NCBI GenBank assembly: GCA_963804955.1 | Contig: CAWDSQ010000001.1 | Location: forward strand, 114,905 to 178,904 | DNA: 64,000 nucleotides | Reading direction: 5' to 3' | DNA from: an uncultured delta proteobacterium | GTDB lineage: Bacteria; Desulfobacterota; WTBG01; CAIYCZ01; CAIRTM01 | Shown: in pieces, positions 51,619 to 61,235 of the stretch | Layout of the letters: every line of letters begins with the position of its first letter | How positions within the stretch are numbered: the stretch's first letter is position 1 | Translations under genes and position numbers: made by a program | Notes under the pieces: generated by a model | What the model was told of the DNA's origin: nothing | Databases searched by the model: none | Seen by the model: the letters and a program-made list of their open reading frames with translations, nothing else

Positions 51619-52645
51619 ATGAAGCTGTGGCGCAATTTATCCATAATATGGAAGCTCAATGTTCTGATCGTGACGATCAGCGCCGCGGTTCTTTTGCTTG
51701 CAACCATAATTTTTGTTGTTCAAAACAGAAATGAGTTTGAAGATGCGATGGTTTTGGAAATGGAGGCCCTTGCAGAGGTTATAGGGTTCAGCACTGCGCC
51801 GGCGCTGCTTTTTGATGATCGTGCGGCGGCAGCCCAGAGCCTGGCGGCCCTGGAGGCAAAGAAGCATGTTGTCGCGGCCTGTATCTATGACCGGAGCGGA
51901 GCCCTGTTTTGCGCCTTTACCCCGAAGAGCAAGCGGCAGGATATTCCGGTAAGCCCCTCCCCCGATGACGAGCATTATTTTGATGCCGGGCATCTGCATC
52001 TTTTCCGGAAAATAAAAATCAACAACGATGCGGTCGGCACCATTTATATACGCCACGATCTTCAACTGCTCCGCCAGAAGCGAGTTCAATATCTGATCAT
52101 TGCCGTCACTGTTTTCATCGTGTGCCTTTTCATTATTGCTGCGCTGTCATTTCTGTTTGCAGAACATTATTTCAAAGCCCATTGTTTCACTTATACAGGC
52201 AGTGAAAAAAATCAGCAGTGAAAAAGATTATTCAGTCAGGGTTGAAAAAAAACACGGCGATGAAGTCGGCATGCTCATTGACGGGTTTAATGAGATGATT
52301 CATGAAATTCAGTATCGCGACCTGCATCTTGAGCAGCAGGTTGAAAAACGCACTGCCGAGCTTCAGGTCGCTAATGCAAGCCTTACGGAAGAGATGCAGG
52401 AGCGCAGGCTGGTAGAGCTGGAAAGAGAAAAGCTCATTGCTGATCTCAAAACCGCTCTGGCGGAGGTGAAAACACTCAGCGGCCTGCTGCCGATCTGCTG
52501 CTCCTGCAAGAAAATCAGGGATGACGGCGGGTACTGGCGGCAAATAGAAATGTATGTTGCAGAGCGTTCAAATGCTGAATTCACACATGGCATTTGCCCG
52601 GATTGCGCAAAAAAGCTGTACCCGGATTTTTTTGATGAAGCATAG
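51619..52645 (+). CDS. Membrane sensor: CHASE8-like periplasmic domain, HAMP, coiled coil and Cys4 C-terminal domain (frameshift near 52158)
   Basis: ALLFDD..AA.Q.L periplasmic motif; HAMP DYSVRV...DEVG.LIDGFNEM; ends LLPICCSCKKIRDD.GYW...FTHGICPDC; no kinase or GGDEF domain. Confidence 0.8.
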
Positions 52646-52738
52646 CGCGGTTTGTATGCTGCGGCACACTGCGAAAAAGTATACGGGCATATGCTCCGGG
52701 CGTCTTTTTTAGCGGACAGGAGAGGGGTTGGTACAACA

Positions 52739-52781
52739 AAAGCAAAAAGCCGGTTCTGCAGCAGATCCGGCTTTTTGCTTT
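52739..52781. terminator. Bidirectional intrinsic terminator
   Basis: AAAGCAAAAAGCCGG...CCGGCTTTTTGCTTT between convergent genes. Confidence 0.75.
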
Positions 52782-52806
52782 AGAGCCCGGGGTGCTGGCA
52801 AATCGG

Positions 52807-53442
52807 CTATATGAATTTTTTGCTTACTGCGGCGCATGCTTTGAACAATTGTCTGATGCCGTTTTTGAGTGCCGGACTGCTGTCCATGGATGTGATAAGA
52901 GCTGGAGAATATGTGTAGAACAACTGCACCAGCTGCCGGCCGAAGTTGTTTGTATTCAGCGCCCGGTCTCTGAATATGCGGAGTGCATGGAGGCTTTCGG
53001 GATCATCACCCAGCGCAGCTAAAGCCGCACAGGAAGATTTTTCCAGGTAAAAAGGAAGTTCTGCAAACAGTTCACCATTGTAATAATATGCAACTTTCCA
53101 ATTACCGGTTAAATCCGCGGCGACAGTATTTTTTATATCCATTGAAGAAAGAGTACAGTAATTGCCAGCTTCAGCAAAAGTTCCTATAAGGTTTTCCGCA
53201 TAAAACTGACCTTCATAATACCATTTGGCTTGACGGGTATCCCCGGCTTTAACAGTATTTATTTTAACAAACAAATAGACAGCCGCATCGTTTGTAGAAA
53301 AAGTAGTCACTGCTAGCGGAACGTCATCGCAGTCTGTTGAAGCAACAGTGCTCAGGAAGGCTTGTGTGACATAAGCAGAATAGGCAGTATTGGTTAAAAA
53401 AAGAAACAGAATCCCCGCAAGCAAAAATGTGTATCTCCGCAT
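52807..53442 (-). CDS. Exported protein with CFI-box-CTERM-like C-terminal domain
   Basis: Signal peptide, Ig-like beta region, then C...ALG...LR.FRD..L.....G..LV..FY.YSP; AAAGGAGG RBS; AT-richer than flanks. Confidence 0.65.
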   Translation of the reverse strand: MRRYTFLLAGILFLFLTNTAYSAYVTQAFLSTVASTDCDDVPLAVTTFSTNDAAVYLFVKINTVKAGDTRQAKWYYEGQFYAENLIGTFAEAGNYCTLSSMDIKNTVAADLTGNWKVAYYYNGELFAELPFYLEKSSCAALAALGDDPESLHALRIFRDRALNTNNFGRQLVQLFYTYSPALITSMDSSPALKNGIRQLFKACAAVSKKFI

Positions 53443-53901
53443 TCAACCCTCCTTTAGGCTCTTGTGTTTAATTGTATACCATAAAAAACGCGTGCGCTCC
53501 AAGCCTGGATCCTTTTCTACAGAACCGGCTTCCGTGTTTGTTTATATCTCAAGCCCATCTTGATTACTCACCATCTGGGCGACTGTACAGAGGATTTGTT
53601 TATGTATTTTTTTGTGCCATATTTTTAAACACAAAATTATATCGGAAATAAGGCTCCATATGATTAATAAATAAATTCAGGAGATAGTTTGCTCGCAATC
53701 AGCGCATGCTTTTTTCCAGAGAACAGCTTTTGATTGATTGGGTACATGTTTAAAGAAGGTATGCTCGCGGGTATCGTGACGGGCATTCTTTTTAAGGTGT
53801 TTTTGAATGGGATGTCCGCCTCGAATGCGCAAGAGGATCAATAGTCAGGGTAATTATGTGTCAAGGCAAATGTGGGCGCGGGAGTATTTGTCGGCAGGCC
53901 A

Positions 53902-53943
53902 AAAGAAAAGGCACTTAGAATCAATCTAAGTGCCTGTGTTTTC
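53902..53943 (-). terminator. Hairpin downstream of tRNA-Ala
   Basis: AGGCACTTAGA-ATCAA-TCTAAGTGCCT stem with a T-rich tail on the minus strand. Confidence 0.6.
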
Positions 53944-53944
53944 T

Positions 53945-54020
53945 TGGTGGAGATGAAGGGATTCGAACCCTCGACCCCTGCCTTGCGAAGGCAGTGCTCT
54001 CCCAGCTGAGCCACATCCCC
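53945..54020 (-). tRNA. tRNA-Ala (anticodon CGC)
   Basis: GGGGATGTGGCTCAGCTGGGAGAGCACTGCCTTCGCAAGGCAGGGGTCGAGGGTTCGAATCCCTTCATCTCCACCA; 76 nt, G3:U70 pair, encoded CCA. Confidence 0.97.
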
Positions 54021-54083
54021 ATGGGAGTTTTATAATTTTAATGTACACGAAACAGGCTGTTTTCTCAAGCCATTTGTGAGCCC

Positions 54084-55231
54084 CTACAACAGGCTGTCGT
54101 AGATCGTCTCAAGCTTGCCCGCCTGCTTTACGGCATCGTATTCTTCTGCAGGATATGCTCCCGGCCTGCCCGGCCCATGGGCTCCCACAGCTCGGGGTGC
54201 GTCACCAGGTAATCAAGCCGGTCGGTGAGGCCGTCCACATCCTTTTCCGGTACCAGGAGCCCGCTTGTGCCGTCCAGTATAACCTCGGGAATGTCGCAGT
54301 GCAGGGTTGAAATGACCGGCATGCCGTAGCCCGACATTTCGATGAGCGTCACCGGAGCGCCGCCCTCGGTCTCGCCGTCGGAGCCCACGATGCTGTGGGA
54401 GAGAAAAATATCGTGCTTTTTCGCCTCTTCAATAAAAGCAGGATAATCGAGAAAACCGAGCATGTTAACCCTGCCGCCGAGGCGCCGGCGCTCCATAATG
54501 CCGAGTACTTCTTTTTTATACGCCACCTCGCGCTCGCTGTTGCCGGCATCGCCGATAATGGAAAGCTCCACATTTTTGTGCTTTTCAAGCACGTTGGCAT
54601 AGGCCTCAAGGCAGTAGGTGACGCCTTTTTTATCGCGGAACGTGCTTGCCGCAAGCACGCGCACCTTGCGGTCGGACTCGAGGCGGCGCGGGATAAAGGC
54701 GATTTTTTCAAGGTCAACGCCCAGGCGCTGCACCAGCACTGTTTCGGGCCGCGCGCCAAGCTCGATGAGCACGCGGCGCATGTGATTGCCCTCGGCAAGA
54801 AACCGTTCGCACCGGGCAAACAGCTCGCGGTAGCGCTTTTTCCACACATCCTCCTGAGCCATCATAGAGGCATCATGGCCGTAGAACATGGTCACCTGCG
54901 GCACGCCGAGCTTTTCCTTGAGCTTCAGGTCGAAATAGCCCCGGTTGCCGAAATGGGAGTGCACGAGCGCCGCCCCGCGCTTTTTCAAAACCTTGTAAAA
55001 ATACGGGTAGTAGAAGTCGGTGCGCTTGGCATATTCGCGCTGAAAAAACCTGTTGATGCCGGACAGGCGGGAGAGAAAATACGTATCCTCCCAGGGGAAA
55101 ACGTCAAGGTTCTGCCTGCGCGTGGCAATGACCAGGCTTTGATACTTCCGGACATTGACAAGCTGGCTGTAAATCCAGCTGCCCGTGCGGAACAGATAGG
55201 TGTGCAGCGAGTGAGCGATGATTTTTTTCAT
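54084..55231 (-). CDS. GT4-family glycosyltransferase (WcaL-like), frameshift near the 3' end (about 54142)
   Basis: VHSHFG, FYGHDA, DGETEGGAPVTLIE, PVISTLH.DIPE; the natural end YDAVKQAGKLETIYDSLL* is in a shifted frame. Confidence 0.85.
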
Positions 55232-55323
55232 AAGAGTATCCACATGAAAAATGAGGCGCATCCTACCCTATCTGCCTGATTATATCCAGCCCTATAATAA
55301 AAACAGGCTCAGAACGGCGCCGC

Positions 55324-56485
55324 TTAAAAATACCTGCCGATGACCGGCAGCCGCCGGATGACGAAGTTACTGAGCGCGAAGCTCAGCGGCAGGCTCAGGC
55401 CGGCGACAATGCCGAACTTGACCGGCGCGGTGAGCTCTGATGGCAGAACCAAGTACTGCAGCACCACCACGATGGGAATATGGGCCACGTACATGCCGTA
55501 GGCATTGGCAGCGAGCACATTCTTCCAGTTTGCCGGCGCGCTGCACCATGCCTTGAACATGCCCAGCAGCAGCATGGTGATGCACAGCGGCCCGACCGCG
55601 CGCAGCAGCCCAAGGGCAAGCCTCAGCGCGATTGATGTTTCCATGATTTCATGAAAGGCCTGCAGCAGTACCAGGTAAGCCACGCAGCAGATAAGCGCTC
55701 CGGCGCCCCAGCCCGAAAGCGCGCGCCTGCTGTCAGGCTCTTTCATAAAGCGCCAGTCAGCCCTGCATGCCCATATCCCCCAGAGAAAAAAACCGGCATA
55801 CACGGGCAGCCGCGTGGGCTGAAAAATAATAATGCCTTTTTGCCCGAGGCGCACCCAGTAGGAATCCGGCACCAGCAGGTTTATGGCAAAGACGCACAGC
55901 CCGATGACACACTCCCAGCGCCAGAAGCCCTGCAGGCCGCAGCAGCCGGCTCGATCCGCCGTCCGGCTGAGCCTGCAGATACGCTTTGAGGCGGGGGCTT
56001 GCCGCGCAGGCACAGCAGTAGAGCAGCATGATGATCAGCAGGGTTGAGAGAAACCAGAGATAGCCGGCATACATTTTGCCGTGAAAGTATGTGAGCAGCC
56101 AGTAGCTGAAGTAGCCTGCCATGTCTCTGCCTTTGGCAAGGTCACGCACATAGGTCATGACCGGGCACATGACGCACAGCCCGAAAACAAAGGGAATGCC
56201 GAGCCGGTAGAGCCGCGACCGGGCAAAGCGGGCAGGGCCGTTTTTGGCAAGCGACGGCGGCGCGAGATAGCCGGCTATGAAAAAGAGCGCGGCCATGACG
56301 AAAAATTCGCTCAGCAGCACCACATAGTCGCACAGCGGGCTTGTGGCCGTATCGACAACAATCCACTTATACGGGAAAAAAGACAGATAGGGCACCGCGG
56401 CATGCAGCACCACCACCAGCGCGACGATGAACGCGCGCGTATAATCAATGAAATAGATGCGGTTGCCCTGCTGCGTGACCGGCAT
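55324..56485 (-). CDS. Acyltransferase family 3 (OpgC/MdoC-like), frameshift near 55950
   Basis: RIYFIDYTRA...VVVLHA, FFIAGY, RLYRLGIPF, YLWFL and AYGMYVAH; multi-TM. Confidence 0.82.
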
Positions 56486-56723
56486 GCTGCTTTCAGAAAA
56501 ACGATTTTTGTTTTTGCGGCATTCTACAAAAAAACCCGCTCTTTTGAAACAGCTATTATGCTAAGAGGTACTGCACTGCCCGGTGGTGCATCTGGGAAAC
56601 CGCTTCTGCAAAACACGGCCGCTGTGCAGCGGCTGCCCGCTGCAGGATTTTAAAACCTTGCCATTTAAAGGCAATCCTGCTAAAAAATCTTCTTAAAACA
56701 AACAGTTAATAAGCCCATACTCC

Positions 56724-57830
56724 ATGACACCTGCACCCAAACGAATTCTTATCATACGCCTGAGCGCCATTGGCGATGTGCTGCGCGTGCTGCCGGCCTT
56801 CCAGGTGCTCAAGAAAAACTATCCCGGGTGCCATATCGGCTGGGTGGTTGAGGACAGCGCTAAGGACATTCTGCAGGCTCATCCCGGCATTGACGAGGTT
56901 TTCGTTTTCCCGAAGAAGAGCATTACCCGCAAGCTCAAGTCCATTTCCGGCATCGGGGCTGGCCTTTCCGAATTTTTTTCCTTTATGAAAAAGATACGGC
57001 ATGAGCGGTTCGATATGGCCATTGATTTTCACGGGCTGTTCAAAAGCGGCATCATCAGCCTGTTGAGCGGTGCGCCGGAGCGCGTCGGCTTTGAAGCAGG
57101 CGAGTGCAGGGAGGGCAACTTCCTTTGCAACAACCGGCGCTATCCCATTGAAAACAGGCATGTCAGCCGCATCGAACGCAACCTTTCTCTGCTGCGGAGC
57201 ATGGGCCTGGACACGGCCCACGACCCGCCGGCTATTTATGTGCCGGAAGATGATCAGGAAGTAATCCAGCGCTTTTTCAGGCAGCAGCATATCGACCGCA
57301 GGCGGCCCATTGTGGCCATTCATCCCGGCACGAGCCCCACAACGCCGTACAAGCGCTGGGAGCCTCACCGCTATGCCGTGGTGGCGGACAAAGCCATCGA
57401 GGAGAGCGCTGCGCAGGTGATCTTCACCTGGGCGGGCACAGAGCTTGAGATGGTCAACCAGATTGTGGGCATGATGAAGTACAAGGCCATTATCGCGCCT
57501 GAGCTTGAAAACCTCTGCCAGCTTGCCGAAGTGTTCCGCTGCAGCGATGTGTATCTGGGCGGCGACACCGGGCCCATGCACCTGGCGGCATTCGTGGGCA
57601 TTCCCGTGGTGGCCGTATTCGGTCCCACGGATCATGTGGTCAATGAGCCCTATGCCATGACGCCGCATATCATCATCCGCGATGAAATAAAATGCAGCCC
57701 GTGCAGAAAATATACCTGCTCCCGGCGCGAGTGCATGCGCGATATCAGCGAGGAAAACGTGATCAAGGCCGTGCGGATCATGCTCGAAACGGCCCGGGAC
57801 CGCAAGGCGCAGGCAGGCCTGCTGTCGTAG
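56724..57830 (+). CDS. GT9-family LPS heptosyltransferase (WaaF/WaaC-like)
   Basis: ILIIRLSAIGDV, IDFHGLFKS, IHPG, KRW, GDTGPMHLAA and FGPT. Confidence 0.9.
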   Translation: MTPAPKRILIIRLSAIGDVLRVLPAFQVLKKNYPGCHIGWVVEDSAKDILQAHPGIDEVFVFPKKSITRKLKSISGIGAGLSEFFSFMKKIRHERFDMAIDFHGLFKSGIISLLSGAPERVGFEAGECREGNFLCNNRRYPIENRHVSRIERNLSLLRSMGLDTAHDPPAIYVPEDDQEVIQRFFRQQHIDRRRPIVAIHPGTSPTTPYKRWEPHRYAVVADKAIEESAAQVIFTWAGTELEMVNQIVGMMKYKAIIAPELENLCQLAEVFRCSDVYLGGDTGPMHLAAFVGIPVVAVFGPTDHVVNEPYAMTPHIIIRDEIKCSPCRKYTCSRRECMRDISEENVIKAVRIMLETARDRKAQAGLLS

Positions 57831-57852
57831 GCAGCTTGTCAACTGTCCAGCC

Positions 57853-57881
57853 GCAGGTTGGGTTGAGGAACGAAACCCAAC
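57853..57881. repeat. GTAG-like REP palindrome
   Basis: GCAGGTTGGGTTGAGGAACGAAACCCAAC with stem GTTGGGTT/AACCCAAC. Confidence 0.45.
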
Positions 57882-57943
57882 AACACAGACTCTCTGCTCA
57901 CTCTGCGTCTCTGTTGTGAACTATATATTAAAAGCCTGCATCT

Positions 57944-58711
57944 ATGGCCATACCAAAACTTTCCGCCGCCATCATTACCTTCAACGAAGAAAAAAATATC
58001 TGCCGCTGCCTTGAAAGCGTTCGGTGGATGGACGAGTGCATTGTGGTTGATTCCTACAGCACCGACCACACCGTGGAGCTTGCGCGGCGGTATACCGACA
58101 AGGTTGTGCAGCGGCAGTGGCCCGGCCATGTGCTGCAGAAGCAGTTTGCCCTTGAGCAGGCAACAGGTGACTGGATTATCTCCCTTGATGCCGATGAAGA
58201 GCTGTCACCCGAGGCTGCGGCAGAAATAAAATCCGCACTTGCGGCTGCTCCTGCCGATGTTAATGGCTACAGCTTTCCCCGGCAGTCATTTTATCTCGGC
58301 CGCTGGATCAGACACGGCGGCTGGTATCCCGACCGCAAGGTGCGCCTGGTGCGCCGCGGCCATGCCCGCTGGGGCGGAGAAGATCCGCATGACAAGCTTG
58401 TGGCCGACGGCCAGACACGCGATCTGCGCGGAAAAATCAATCACTATGTGTATGCCGATATCAGCCATCAGCTGCGGACGGTTGACAGCTTTTCCCGCAT
58501 TACCGCGCTGCAGTGGTTCGCGCAGGGCAGGCGTGCCGGCGCCGGGGCCATGTTTTTCAAGACCGTCGGTAAATTTTTCGAGACCTATGTCTGGAAGCTC
58601 GGCATGCTCGACGGCATGCCGGGGTTCATCATTTCGGTCATCTCGTCGTATTATGTGTTTTTAAAATACGCCAAGCTGTGGGAGCTGCAGAAGGGCCGGT
58701 CTTCGGACTGA
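57944..58711 (+). CDS. GT2-family glycosyltransferase (WaaE/KdtX-like, LPS core)
   Basis: IITFNEE, VVDSYSTD, LDADE, GWYPD and FLKYAKLWE. Confidence 0.88.
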   Translation: MAIPKLSAAIITFNEEKNICRCLESVRWMDECIVVDSYSTDHTVELARRYTDKVVQRQWPGHVLQKQFALEQATGDWIISLDADEELSPEAAAEIKSALAAAPADVNGYSFPRQSFYLGRWIRHGGWYPDRKVRLVRRGHARWGGEDPHDKLVADGQTRDLRGKINHYVYADISHQLRTVDSFSRITALQWFAQGRRAGAGAMFFKTVGKFFETYVWKLGMLDGMPGFIISVISSYYVFLKYAKLWELQKGRSSD

Positions 58712-58778
58712 ACGCTGCAGCCGTAAAAGTTCATATGCCTGAAGCATAGTTAGACAGAACTTACGAGGAGGCAGAAAA

Positions 58779-60273
58779 ATGGCCGAGCAGTTGCTGATCG
58801 CTAAAAACGACAAAACCGAACTGCATATCCTTCCGCAGATGGCCAACCGCCACGGGCTTATCACAGGCGCCACCGGCACCGGCAAGACCGTCACCCTGCA
58901 AACCCTTGCCGAGCATTTTTCCGGCATCGGGGTTCCGTGTTTTATGTCGGACGTGAAGGGCGACCTGTCAGGCATTTCGCAGGCCGGCGGCAATAATCCA
59001 AAGGTGGCCGAGCGGGTGGAGCAACTCAGGCTCGAAGATTTCGAGTACCGGGGCTGCCCTGTCACGCTGTGGGATCCTTTCGGCGAGTCGGGCCATCCGG
59101 TGCGCGCCACGGTTTCCGACATGGGGCCGCTCCTGCTCTCCCGCATGCTCGATCTGAATGAAACCCAGGCCGGTGTGCTTAACCTGGTATTCAAGGTGGC
59201 GGATGACAATGGCCTGCTGCTTCTGGACCTGAAAGACCTGCGCGCCATGCTGGCTTTTGTCGGTGAAAATACCAAAGAATTCACCACCGACTATGGCAAT
59301 GTCTCAGCCGCTTCGATAGGAGCCATTCAGCGGGGGCTCCTGGCACTGGAGTCGCAGGGCGGCGAAAAGATTTTCGGAGAGCCAATGCTCAACATCGCCG
59401 ATCTCATGCAGACCGATTGCGGCAAGGGCGTCATCAACATCCTCTCCGCCGACAGACTCATGCAGTCGCCCAAGATGTACGCCACTCTGCTGCTGTGGCT
59501 GCTTTCCGAACTTTTCGAGAACCTGCCCGAAGCGGGCGACCTGGACAAGCCGAAACTGGTGTTCTTCTTCGACGAGGCGCACCTGCTTTTTACCGATGCG
59601 CCTGCTGCGCTGGTGGAAAAAATCGAGCAGGTAGTGCGGCTTATCCGTTCCAAGGCCGTGGGCGTGTATTTCGTCACCCAGAATCCCGCCGACGTGCCTG
59701 ACAAGGTTCTCTCCCAGCTGGGCAACCGCGTGCAGCATGCGCTGCGCGCTTTCAGCCCGCGCGATCAGAAAGCAGTGAAAGCCGCCGCTCAAACCATGCG
59801 CGACAACGTGGCGCTGGACGAGGAGGCCGCAATCACCGAGCTGGGCGTGGGTGAGGCTCTGGTATCATTCCTGGATGCGAAAGGGCGACCCGGCATCGTG
59901 GAGCGTGCCTTCATCGTGCCGCCTGCCGGCCGGATCGGACCCGTCACGCCGCAACAGCGTCCAGCAGCTGATTGGCAGTTCGCTGGTTGCCGGTGTGTAT
60001 GAAAGAAGCGTGGATCGCGAGTCGGCTTATGAAAAGCTCAAGGCGCGCGCCGGGGAGTTGGCTGCGCAACCGGCCGCCAAAGTCCCGCCGGCCGGCAGCG
60101 GCAAAGCTGGCGGCGGCGTACTGGACACGCTGGGCGACGTGCTTGGCGGAAGCAGCCGGCGTCAGGGCGTAGTCGAGGCCATGGTAAAAAGCGCTGCGCG
60201 CACGATCGGCAGCCAGCTGGGCCGGCAGATTCTGCGCGGCGTGCTGGGCGGTATCCTGGGCGGAAAAAAGTAA
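58779..60273 (+). CDS. HerA-like ATPase (DUF853/YjgR family), frameshift near 59955
   Basis: [53 protein letters not shown] and RGVLGGIL in the next frame. Confidence 0.88.
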
Positions 60274-60448
60274 TTCAGTTGTCAAAGTTTTATCCTTCCC
60301 CGAGGAACATTGATGAAACGTTTTCAGCGTTTCCCGGGAACAGCGGCTAAAATCTGCAAGCAGGCTTTGGGCATAACCGACCGCTGCCGGCTTCGAACAG
60401 GGATATCGGCGCTGTTACTTTTTTATCCCCCCAGCCTTTTTTTCTCCA

Positions 60449-60495
60449 TTGACAGCACGGCATTTAAAAGTAATACTATTAAAAGTATTACTTTT
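60449..60495 (+). promoter_or_regulatory. TA promoter with overlapping operator palindrome
   Basis: TTGACA at 60449; perfect inverted repeat AAAAGTAATACT-N6-AGTATTACTTTT (60466-60495) over the -10 region. Confidence 0.7.
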
Positions 60496-60515
60496 TGATT
60501 CAGGGAGGCATGCAT

Positions 60516-60740
60516 ATGCGGGTTACCGTTAAAGGCCAGGTCACTATTCCACGGCATGTCCGGGAAATGCTGGGTATCGTTCCCAACAGCGAAATCGATT
60601 TCAAGGAAGAAAATAACCGCGTCTACCTTTTAAAAAAAACAGGCAGTGGCGCCAAACAGGAAAACAAGTTTCGCAGATTCAGAGGTGCTGCCACGGTTAA
60701 GATGACCACCGATGAAATCATGGCACTTACCCGGGGCTGA
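60516..60740 (+). CDS. AbrB/MazE-family antitoxin (VapB-like)
   Basis: MRVTVKGQVTIP...R..LGI and MTTDEIMALTRG. Confidence 0.88.
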   Translation: MRVTVKGQVTIPRHVREMLGIVPNSEIDFKEENNRVYLLKKTGSGAKQENKFRRFRGAATVKMTTDEIMALTRG

Positions 60741-60742
60741 CC

Positions 60743-61147
60743 ATGAGTGGCGTTCTTGTCGACTCAAGCGTTATTCTGGATGTTTTTGAAAACGATCCGG
60801 TCTGGGCAGACTGTTCTGAAGCCGCCCTTGCTACGTATGCAAACCAGCTGCCCCTATTTATAAATCCGGTCATCTACGCAGAGGTTTCCATCGGCTTTCA
60901 GCGTATCGAAGAGCTTGAGGAAGCTATCGCCGGATGCGGGCTGCGGATGCTCCCGATGCCCAAAGAGGCGCTTTTTCTGGCAGGCAAAGCCTTTTTAAAA
61001 TACCGCAGGCGCAAGGGCAGCAAGGCCTCGCCCCTGCCGGATTTTTTTATCGGCGCCCATGCGGCGGTCGAGGGTCTGCTGCTGCTGACGCGGGATGTGA
61101 AGCGGATAAAAACCTATTTTCCGACGGTTAAAACAGTATCGCCGTAG
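60743..61147 (+). CDS. vapC: PIN-domain toxin (VapC family)
   Basis: VLVDSSVILD, IYAEVS, PDFFIGAHA and LLTRD. Confidence 0.88.
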   Translation: MSGVLVDSSVILDVFENDPVWADCSEAALATYANQLPLFINPVIYAEVSIGFQRIEELEEAIAGCGLRMLPMPKEALFLAGKAFLKYRRRKGSKASPLPDFFIGAHAAVEGLLLLTRDVKRIKTYFPTVKTVSP

Positions 61148-61235
61148 CGGGCTGGTGAAACCGCCAACAAAGCATTATTTTGTGTTTCCGCGAAGACATA
61201 TAACGGTGGGGTGCACTCACCCGACGGATGAATAC

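Noticed and set aside
3000..54020. Genomic island integrated at the 3' end of tRNA-Ala
   Set aside because: No integrase gene, and I found no second copy of the tRNA 3' end by eye; composition of most of the block resembles the flanks.
56706..57842. Long antisense ORFs (for example 56706-57842, 35541-36569, 44375-45307, 54395-55279)
   Set aside because: They are shadows of well-supported genes on the opposite strand in GC-rich DNA and have no recognisable motifs.
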